35,675 bases of DNA from Piedraia hortae CBS 480.64 (taxonomy: Eukaryota). The stretch lies in the NCBI GenBank assembly GCA_010093745.1, contig MU005980.1, forward strand, positions 211,440 to 247,114, written 5' to 3'. Below are positions 1 through 9,133 of this stretch, piece by piece (the first letter of the stretch is position 1; the number at the start of each line of letters is the position of its first letter). The position numbers were made by a program, and so were the translations under genes. The notes under the pieces are model-generated. The model worked only from the letters and a program-made list of their open reading frames with translations, was not told where the DNA came from and did not search any database.

Positions 1-535
1 CTGATAGGCAAAGTACGCAGCAGCGCCGCCGAGGATGAGAAACGCATAGAGGCCAATGCCGAGTCCACCTGCAGATGGAGGTGGTTTCGCTGTTGCTGTC
101 GCACTGTGTGTCTTGGGTGAAGGATCTCCCGGCTGTTCCACAGTCAACTTCATGTCCCACCATTGACGATTGTTTGAACTCACTTGTCTCTTCAGCTCAC
201 CAACAAGCATCTTGCTGAGAATCTCACGCGCCTCGTCACTGTGACCAACATCCTCAAAAGCCTCAGTAGCGTCTTGGCCTCCGACATCTAGCAACACTTC
301 TTCTCCACCCCTAAGTTCCAGATACGTTAGTAACGCAGGACTTGGGCTCTGCAATCGTCAAGACATACGGGTGTTCATCCTGTCAATGTCAGCTGCGTCA
401 TGACTGGCTTTTCCGAGCCATACGTACAACAAAACTGCCGACATTGTACACCTTGTCGTGGATGACAACTTGCAGATCGTTCTTGGTATTATGCTTGGCG
501 ACTTCGCTATACGTGAGCTCGGGAGAAGTGGACAT
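1..535 (-). CDS. CYB5: Cytochrome b5, tail-anchored (3' end runs off the window); exons 535-428, 379-369, 310-184, 132-<1
   Basis: Missed by the ORF track. Manual splicing at GT-AG introns gives [86 protein letters not shown]...[22 protein letters not shown]. It has the HPGG and GHS heme-ligand motifs and a C-terminal TM helix, and frames stay consistent across all three introns. Confidence 0.96.
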
Positions 536-809
536 TTTTGCAGTTTTCCGACCAGAGACTTGCTCAAAGTCGTCTACGTCCTTTTACTCGACAAGCGCTT
601 CGGCAATGACGTCAGAGGGGCACGTGATTCAACACGTGCATTTGTGTTTCCATCTTTTTTCTGCATGGCGCAGGCAACGTGTGAGAAATGCACAGCTGGT
701 GAATTGCTACCAACTGCACAGCCGACTGCTGCTCCGCCCTGACTGCGGCAACTGGCACCGTTCTTGGAAGGAACAGAATCGGGCCAATTGCATTGTTCGC
801 ACTGTGCAG

Positions 810-824
810 GGAATGTTCCAGAAA
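810..824. promoter_or_regulatory. Heat-shock element (nGAAnnTTCnnGAAn) in the CYB5-BiP divergent promoter
   Basis: gGAAtgTTCcaGAAa is a perfect three-unit HSE about 290 bp upstream of the BiP ATG. KAR2/bipA promoters are known to carry HSEs. Confidence 0.6.
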
Positions 825-1028
825 TAGCTAGGTAATTGTCTTAAGGCTGAAATCAGCGTAGTTTTGGTGGAGACTTTTGGCCGCTCAGACCAATTGCCCG
901 CTGTTTTGACATACTGTTGCCAAAATTCGTGATTCTAGAGAACGGCCAGGTGAGTTTTGATTGGCTGCACGTGATTTGGAGGTTTCTCAAGCTGGCCTCA
1001 AGCAGAAACTGACAGCTGGAGTTCTCGT

Positions 1029-1035
1029 TATAAAA
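1029..1035 (+). promoter_or_regulatory. TATA box of BiP
   Basis: TATAAAA starting 77 bp upstream of the ATG at 1106. Confidence 0.6.
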
Positions 1036-1105
1036 ACGTTACCTGTGCCAAACCTCCTCCATAACCCATACAACCCTCTTGAGTGCAAGCTCACCACACA
1101 TAGCC

Positions 1106-3242
1106 ATGGCCAGGAGTCACAGCTCACGGCGAGCCGCATCCCCTTGGATGACGGTCTTCTATGTCTTTTCTCTCCTTCTGGCACCGATGCTCCTCGTGGG
1201 GCTCATACCCGCTGCACAGGCCGATGGTTCCAAAGAGTCGTCAGTGTCTGGTCCAGGTAAGTCTTGTCTAAGCTCACTGTAGTAAATCGCATCTTAATTT
1301 ATGGCAGTGATTGGCATTGATTTGGGCACAACATATTCGTGTGTAGGCATCATGAAGGGCGGCAAGGTTGAGATCCTTGTCAATGACCAAGGCAACCGCA
1401 TCACACCGTCATGGGTGGCATGGAACGATGAAGAGCGTCTGGTCGGAGACGCGGCAAAGAATCAATACGCCTCTAATCCCCAGCGCACCGTCTTCGACAT
1501 CAAGCGTTTGATTGGCCGAAAATACGACGATAGGGATGTGCAAAAGGACATCAAGCACTTTCCGTTCAAGGTCATAAACAAGGGCGGCCAACCGCGGGTA
1601 AAAGTTGACGTCAAGGGCGAGGAGAAGACGTTCACGCCCGAAGAGGTTTCGTCTATGGTATTGGGCAAGATGAAGGAGGTTGCCGAGAACTATCTGAATG
1701 AAAAGGTCACCAACGCGGTCGTCACTGTGCCGGCCTACTTCAATGACGCTCAACGTGCGGCTACCAAGGACGCCGGAACCATTGCCGGCCTCAACGTCAT
1801 GCGCATTGTCAATGAGCCCACAGCCGCCGCTCTCGCCTACGGCCTCGACAAGTCGGACAAGGAGCGCCAAATCATCGTCTACGATCTTGGTGGTGGCACA
1901 TTCGATGTCTCGGTTTTGACAGTGGACCACGGTGTCTTTGAAGTTCAGGCGACGGCTGGCGACACTCATCTCGGCGGTGAAGACTTTGACCAGCGGGTTG
2001 TCGACTGGTTCGTCAAAAACTACAACAGCAAGCACGGTACAGACATCACCAAGAATCCCAAGACCATGGGCAAGCTCAAGCGCGAGGTTGAAAAGGCCAA
2101 GCGCACACTTTCCAGCCAAATGAGCGCCAAGATTGAGATCGAGGCCTTTCACGAGGGCAAGGACTTCTCTGAGACGCTCACTCGCGCCAAGTTTGAGGAG
2201 CTCAACAACGATCTCTTCAGGAAGACGCTGAAGCCCGTGGAGCAGGTGCTCAAAGACTCGAAGCTGAAAAAAAGCGACATTGACGATATCGTTTTGGTTG
2301 GTGGGTCTACTCGTATTCCCAAGGTTCAGGCCATGTTGGAGGATTACTTTGGCAAGAAGGCCAGCAAAGGAATCAATCCTGACGAGGCTGTTGCCTATGG
2401 TGCTGCCGTCCAGGGCGGTGTTTTGTCTGGCGAAGAAGAGGTAATTTCTGACCCTTTCGAGTCTTTGCGAGTTCTAACATCTGATGCAGGCCAAGGATCT
2501 TGTTCTTATGGACGTCAATCCGTTGACTCTTGGCATTGAAACTACAGGTGGAGTCATGACCCATCTGATCAAGCGTGGCACAACAATTCCCACGAAAAAG
2601 AGCCAGATCTTCTCTACGGCTGCCGATAACCAGCCCATTGTCCTCATTCAGGTCTTTGAAGGCGAGCGGTCTATGACAAAGGACAACAATCTTCTCGGCA
2701 AATTTGAGCTCTCCGGTATTCCGCCTGCGCCACGTGGCCAGCCCCAAATTGAAGTCACGTTCGAGCTAGATGCCAACGGCATCTTGCGTGTAAGCGCGGC
2801 CGATAAGGGCACTGGCAAGAGCGAATCTATCACCATCACCAACGACAAGGGCAGATTGAGCGCTGAGGAGATCGAGCGCATGGTTGCCGAGGCTGAGAAG
2901 TATGCGGAAGAAGACAAGGCTACTCGCGAGCGCATCGAGGCCCGCAATCACTTGGAGAACTACGCATTCAGCCTCAAGAACCAAGTCAATGACGCGGAAG
3001 GCCTTGGCGGCAAGATCGAGGAGGACGACAAGGAAGCTATTCTTGAGGCTGTCAAGGAAGCACAGGACTGGTTGGAGGAGAATGCGCAATCGGCTGACGC
3101 TGAGGCGTTTGAGGAACAGAAACAGAAGCTTTCTGATGTCGCACACCCAATCACCAGCAAACTGTATGGTGGCGGATCTAGCGGCGGTGCAGGGGGCATG
3201 CCTGACTGGGACGAGGAGCCGTCCAGCCATGATGAATTGTAG
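1106..3242 (+). CDS. KAR2: ER Hsp70 chaperone BiP, 678 aa; exons 1106-1256, 1308-2440, 2490-3242
   Basis: Signal peptide [39 protein letters not shown], Hsp70 motifs [21 protein letters not shown] and [11 protein letters not shown], and C-terminal HDEL. Introns GTAAGT..CAG (1257-1307) and GTAATT..CTAAC..CAG (2441-2489) join the ORFs in frame. Confidence 0.98.
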
Positions 3243-4671
3243 TTGGCGTTGGTGTAAATGTTAGAGTGGGTTCCACGGGAAATGTATACAGCCAAGCAAT
3301 GAAATAGTCTCACGTCTGCATGTACAGTTGTTTCATAATGCGTCAGTAGTAGAGCTTGAATCACACAGCATAAAGTTGGCCAATTGAATTAGCAAAACTA
3401 GGGCGGGTTACCAATTTGAAACTGTCAGTCTAGTGCGTAGGGGATACCATTCAATGATGATGGGAGAAGAGACCAGCCAAACTAATCTATTGTACGGTTT
3501 CGATTCTGCAATACACCCCCTCCTCGATTGAAAGCTGGTAAGCAAGTTGTCCATCAACCCATGCTGTCTCCAAGGCCATGACAGAGCCGAGAACCATGTG
3601 TCGGAATGGTGAGCCTCCGAGGACTAAAGTGGAGCGGATATCAACGACTAGTGTGTTCACTTAACTTTGACCGAAAGGTGAATCTAGATGTCTATCTCTA
3701 TGTGAGGTGAGGTTTCGAAACCTTCCCCACACTACCTCAGTCTAACCGCATTCGCCAGGACAACGTCAGCGAACCATGCCCTTAAGCATGAACGAGACAA
3801 TGACCCATCTCAGGGTAAACTTCCTCTATAGAGGTAAAAACCCTGAGAAGTTTCGACTTCTATCTACAGTTCGGGTCATGGTAGGTGCCACATCCTTCTG
3901 ACAGAGCGTTACCAGGAGATATCTCTAGGTGAACCCGCTCCGCATGAACCATATATTGGTGTCTATCCGTGAATCATTTCCTGGGATATTTAGCGACTGC
4001 GCAAGGTCTTTGGACCGCACATCGTGGCCTGCGTGGTGCTTCGGCCTGGCAATTTTGTCGAATCTGGCTAGGAAGCAATATCGATTGTTGGTGCCCTTCA
4101 CGTCTCGAGGCGGTGTTGTAGTTTGAAGCTTTGTGCCGCGCACAAAATAAACTTATGCCAGTCCCTCATCGTCCTAGCTTCGTGCACCATTGACCAGAGG
4201 TGCACGTGGGTGCACTGCAAAATTGCGCGCAGGCTATTCCTCGACTCACCGCTTGCCGCCCGTAAGCCTCCTGAAAACACGCAGAAAAGTGTTCAATGGT
4301 TCCAACAGAACACTTGTCCTGAGACACGCGGAGCGCATAATATAAGCCGATAAGTTCATGCATGTGCCAAGAAATTCGCGCACGGATCTCCCCTGACACG
4401 TGGCCTGCACGGTCTTGTCTTTGAAGCCTACTTTACCACTTACCATACGTCTTGTCGCTACTTTGACGCAAAACCGCGTGATACCGATCACATCATACAT
4501 ACCCGAGCGTGGACTCACTGCCTTGACAATCATATTTAGCGCTTGGCGGCCGACATCGGTGCTGTTTACGGAGGCCCATAATTGACTGCCAATCAAGTTA
4601 CGGGTTTCCCGGAAACAACGCACGGACTAACAATAATACGTGGTCCGTGGTGTGCCCTCGCATGAATACCA

Positions 4672-5045
4672 TGTTGGATTCAAGCATCGCCGCTAGCGCG
4701 TATGCAGGGCACTTGCATAGCAAGTCAGCGATACCTCCTACACTACCAGCTGCACCCTAGATTATTCCCTTCACAGAGATTTTCGCTCAGGGTCATGTCA
4801 TATGTGACACGGCGAATGCGGCCTGCTAGTATACGACGTGACGTCACCGGCCCACCGGTACAGAATTTTCATTCTGAACGTCCCCTCATTTGAGATAGAT
4901 AGTCATTCACACTGTCACATCGACACTGGTATTGACTCATCTTCATCTGCATCTGTCCTGTCCCTGTTGTCAATTTCCGTCTATCGCTTAGTCCTCTTAA
5001 TTCGGGACGCTGCGCACTCCCATCAACGAGAGCCTTATCGCTACA
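4672..5045 (+). mobile_element. Solo LTR, copy 1 (374 bp; strand is relative only)
   Basis: Starts TGTTGG and ends GCTACA (TG...CA). Flanked by the exact 5-bp direct repeat TACCA (4667-4671 and 5046-5050). Homologous over its full length to the reverse complement of 13173-13657. Confidence 0.9.
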
Positions 5046-5546
5046 TACCATTCCCAATTGCCCCTTATGCTTTTACACCGCAACATAAACTTCCCGCCTG
5101 CTTGATAAACACTTGCAAGTATATACATAATCTCGGACGAGTGCTGCCTTCCCAAGACTTTCGCTGAGGTTATCAGGTCATGATAATGTACAGCACCTAC
5201 CCCGTGAGTGGGCGCACACAATAAGCGCTGACAATACGAGGCGCATAAGGTCAACTTTCTTTTGAAGGACTTCCACAATCTCAAACAGCGATTCTACAAC
5301 TCCTGGCACGGGCCAAAGTCAAGCCCAACCTTCCCTCAGACGTCAACGACCGCTGCGTTGAATCTTTTGAGGAGACACTTGCTCTGTCAAGTATCTATGT
5401 TAAGCGGATCCTAGAAGTCAGCGGTATACTGCTGGAGGGCGTTTCAGCACACGAATGCGACAAAGTTCTTCATTGGCCGTATTAGGAAGAAGATGTAGTT
5501 TGTCACCTGTTACCAACATTTAGTCAAAACCATCGACACCCGAACA

Positions 5547-5900
5547 ATGCCTTCCTCGTCACCATCTTCTTCACCCCACTCCCTCTCCAATGGCAAAAAC
5601 TGGCGTGCCAAGTCCACCTATACGCCAATCGTCGCCAATACCCGCAGTCGCCACCGCGGGTACGACACCTTTAACGAGGCTTGCAGTGTAGGTGCCTATC
5701 GATCCACAACCCAGGTCCCTGGTGTGTCACTTCCTGATGCAGGATGATTGCTTCTCCTTATGCAGCATGTTCGCACTGCCTGAACAGACTCTGACCGCAG
5801 CACTGAATGTGACGGCCTAGTCACTCGGCAGGCTGGAAGAGGCGGTCAAGGAAGCAAGACCTGGAGGAGCAGCAATATTGCTCCGACTGCATGGCGTCTC
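5547..5900 (+). pseudogene. Disrupted paralog of the small protein at 7579-8055 (3' boundary approximate)
   Basis: MPSSS...NWRAKSTYTPIVANTRSRHRGYDTFNEACSVGAYRS aligns to 7579. A net 23-nt deletion near 5721 shifts the frame. The +1 frame continues CHFLMQDDCFSLCSMF (vs GHLVVRGDCFSLCSIF), meets TAG at 5818-5820, then continues EEAVKEARPGGAAILL (vs ETFVKESRAEKAARLL). Confidence 0.8.
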
Positions 5901-6621
5901 CATGACCTGTGGTGCGTCGGACGCTATAAGGACGCAAAAAACCATCCCTTCACCTTTCCAATCCGGCCATATCCATTTTTTGTAACGGCCTTTCCGTGAC
6001 CATTGGTTCTGATACATATCAGCGTTGTCTGTCTGTCCCTTTGGAGGTTATACCTCACACCACAAACCCTTATGCACGTTGACTCTTTAAACTGGTCATT
6101 CTAAGACACCGTGGAGCTACAACTGGACCGGGAACATGATGCGTATCGCTGCCTTCGCGAAAAGAATATGGATGGGGAGTAAACAGGAGTAGAAGCGGAA
6201 GCGATATACGGTGTACCATTACGCTGAATATTGTCGAGTGACGACCCAAGCGGATAGGGACTGTGCAGGTCGGAAGGTACGAATACCTCCCTAACATCGT
6301 GGCAAACAGTCTTGTAGTAGTAGGCAATGCATTCAACACCAAATTCATCTCATTTCAAGTTTTGAGATGTATAGATTCCTATATGACTAATCCACAAGAA
6401 TTGACGGTGGCCGCTCATGGAGGCACATTTGTATGAGAGTCATGTCCATATGACTCATATTTACAAAAAATATTCGTCTCTCGCTGAACTATATCGTTAG
6501 TTGTAGAATCTGCAGGATCAAAATCTTGCACACGGAACTACAGGCTTGAAATGATTTGGCGCCATTATTGTGATACCGAAAGACTACACTTAAGCCTCTG
6601 CCCAGTCATTCTCCTTCCTCC

Positions 6622-7179
6622 CTACTCCCCTGGAAACTTTCCGAAAATCCACTTGTAAGCAAGTGGGTCTTTTGCCATTTCCTCGTCAAACAAGTCTGCC
6701 CACAAGCCCTCCTTGTAAAAATCATATGGTAGCGTTCGTGCCTCGTGCGAATCGACCGCAACTGAATCTTTGGCAGGCTGCTGCGGCGACTGCACCGAAG
6801 TAGGAGAGGAGTGACGATTGCCCATGGTTGCTAGGAAGGCGTTGCGAGACATCTTGGTATCGCACCCCTGTTTGGTGGTGGGCACTTGACGGTATACCCC
6901 CGCGGCTTGCGCTTCGTGATAAGTGTTATACCCCTGATACCAACCGCGGGTATCCTCATTGATGGGAGTATAATTTGAGTTTCGGCGCCAATCGTTGGCA
7001 GGACGGGTGCCGGTGCTTGCGATGCTATTGGTGTCCTTGATTAAGTTGGCATGGGCCGCGCGGATCTCTTCATGAGTATTGTAGCCATGGTATCGGTCAC
7101 GAGCACTGGCATGAATCGGAGTGTAGGTCGAGCGGGAACGCCAATCACGACCTGGAGAGTAGCCGGGAGTGTTAGACAT
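6622..7179 (-). CDS. Hypothetical 185-aa protein with two tandem copies of the W..STY.PI....R..Y.GY.T..E motif
   Basis: First ATG at 7179. DWRSRSTYTPIHASARDRYHGYNTHEEIRAA and DWRRNSNYTPINEDTRGWYQGYNTYHEAQAAGVYR match each other and the neighbouring paralogs. C-terminal DPLAYKWIFGK matches EPDTYRWFYGK of 7579-8055. Protein-level conservation supports coding. Confidence 0.8.
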   Translation of the reverse strand: MSNTPGYSPGRDWRSRSTYTPIHASARDRYHGYNTHEEIRAAHANLIKDTNSIASTGTRPANDWRRNSNYTPINEDTRGWYQGYNTYHEAQAAGVYRQVPTTKQGCDTKMSRNAFLATMGNRHSSPTSVQSPQQPAKDSVAVDSHEARTLPYDFYKEGLWADLFDEEMAKDPLAYKWIFGKFPGE

Positions 7180-7578
7180 CTTGTTCGAAGGATTTAGATA
7201 GTCGTGGTGTGGAGTGTCCGAGAGGGAACGGGATGTGGGAAGTTGAAGGTTGAAGGGGAAACACATACTATATGAAGGGTGGAGGATCGAACTCTACTCA
7301 AGTGAGCCCTGGAGCCAGTGAAGCAACTTCGACATTATAGTTACCCGCAAAGTTTGCTTAGGTCACATGTGTGCAAACCCATTTTACACCTGAGTCTATC
7401 TGGCGGCACTTCATTTCACTTACAAGTAAACTTTTCTTTACTTGAGGGGAACTCCAGCTATAAGAACCAAACCCATCCTCCTCTCCTTGCAAAACTCTCC
7501 AAACCATCTTCCCCGACAACCTTCTAGCATCACCACAAAACACCACTTTAGCCACACTGCTCAACACGCTTATCCGTC

Positions 7579-8055
7579 ATGCCTTCCTCGTCATCGCCCT
7601 TCACTGGCAATGATTGGCGCAAAAGCTCAACATACAAGCCGATCGCTAACAATGCCCGCGGTCGTTACAACGGATACGACACTTTTATCCAGGCGCGTGC
7701 TGCCGGCGCCTACCGCTCTGACGCCACAAAGGGCCAAGTTCCCTCCGGGCCAAATAGATCTGAAGCCAAGGGCCACTTGGTCGTGCGCGGCGACTGCTTT
7801 TCGTTGTGCAGCATCTTTGGACCAGCGAAGAAGGCCCCCGCCACTACGAAAAAAGTGGCAGCCAAGCCCTCCTTCAAGCCCAAGGAAACATTCGTCAAGG
7901 AGTCCAGAGCTGAAAAGGCAGCTCGTCTTCTCCCGCCCTTGAGTATGGATGTACGCGTCCAAGCTGGGTCGTGTTATGGAATTATGCAGCTGCAGTTGGA
8001 GCTGGAGCCGGATACGTATCGCTGGTTTTACGGTAAAGAGATGGATGAGGAGTAA
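7579..8055 (+). CDS. Hypothetical 158-aa protein with a single copy of the same motif
   Basis: DWRKSSTYKPIANNARGRYNGYDTFIQARAAGAYR, an intact ORF, and a TATA-like TATAAGA at 7459-7465. Divergent from the paralog at 7179 across a 399-bp spacer. Confidence 0.8.
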   Translation: MPSSSSPFTGNDWRKSSTYKPIANNARGRYNGYDTFIQARAAGAYRSDATKGQVPSGPNRSEAKGHLVVRGDCFSLCSIFGPAKKAPATTKKVAAKPSFKPKETFVKESRAEKAARLLPPLSMDVRVQAGSCYGIMQLQLELEPDTYRWFYGKEMDEE

Positions 8056-8427
8056 ACAGGATGGGGAACGGGAGCAAGACACGCGTATGTACAACTACTG
8101 TTTCATGAACAATCGATTCCTTCTGTGACTTTCTCAACGTTTTGCAATCAGATCAAATATTTGTCGCATTTCTTAGAGTTTTGTAACGATCTGTGTCATT
8201 CTCCGCTGCGAACGCAATTTTAATCAAACTTCATACGCAACTAGTGCTACACGCAGACAGCAGACATGCCCAATTGAAGAAGCCGGTCTACAGCTGTTTG
8301 CAGCACTTTCTGTGCGTAGAGTATGGATTAGAAATGTGCACACAGTGTGTGAGACTTCCAGCAAAATAATTTATAACAAGGAGAAAAATTCGTTAAAGAC
8401 TATAATCCAGCCCGTACCTGTACCTAT

Positions 8428-9133
8428 TTAATCCCTCATAAACTCCACCAAGACGGGATAAACCAGCTCAAACGCCCTCAACAAAGATTCATGAATCTTC
8501 GACCCCGTAAGCACAACCTTCCCGTTCCCAAATAACATAACCGTCACCTTCGGCTCGAAGACATGATACACCAACCCCGGAAAGATCTCCGATTCGTAGA
8601 CACAAATCAGCGCATGTGTCCTCGCAAGAGCATCAAGATTCACCCCGAACCCGACATTACAGGAAGCAACAATGTTTTCAACCGCGTAATCCTCGAATCT
8701 CGCGTTGAATCCCGCTTTTTCGACCATGCGTGCGAATTTTAGCGTCGCAAGTCTGCTGGTCGCGAGGGAGTTAGTGCCCGTTACGATCATCTTGCCGGAG
8801 GAGAAGATATTCGCAGTACTCCGCGGGGACCGCATTCGCATTACCACTGCGTGAAAGCGTTTTGGGTTATATTCGGTGTTGTTAGCACGGAGGGCGAGTT
8901 CGTAGAGGTCGATAATCGTATCGAGGTTGACGCTAGAGACGACGTTTCTGGTTGGTGGAGTCAGAGATGGGAGGGTTAGTGAGACGGTGGACGTACTGAA
9001 TTTTTGGGATGGGGATAGATGTGGTTGGGTCAGTGGACGTTGTGGTGGGTTGAGTTACTTCGTCTTCCAGTGCGTCGTGGAACCGTCGTGCAGCGCGGGC
9101 GCTGGTGAGATTTGTCTGGCAGAGGCGGTGCAT
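8428..9133 (-). CDS. Divergent TATA-box-binding protein paralog (TBP-related factor), 218 aa; exons 9133-8997, 8947-8428
   Basis: A 49-nt intron GTACGT..CTAAC..CAG (8996-8948) joins PIPKIQ to NVVSSVNL...EYNPKRFHAVVMRMRSPRSTANIFSSGKMIVTG...ENIVASC...YESEIFPGLVY...LFGNGKVVLTG...AFELVYPVLVEF. This is a complete, gap-free two-repeat TBP core with no stops or frameshifts. Confidence 0.93.

Noticed and set aside
1409..3364. Long antisense ORFs over BiP (and similar ones over UFD4, HOT and 13792-14988)
   Set aside because: Expected shadow ORFs from codon bias, well known for Hsp70 genes, with no independent evidence.
4838..5167. ORFs within the LTRs (4702-4893, 4838-5167, 13117-13329, 13459-14028, 13515-13721)
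   Set aside because: Their similarity to each other simply reflects the DNA repeat, and frames are not preserved between the copies.
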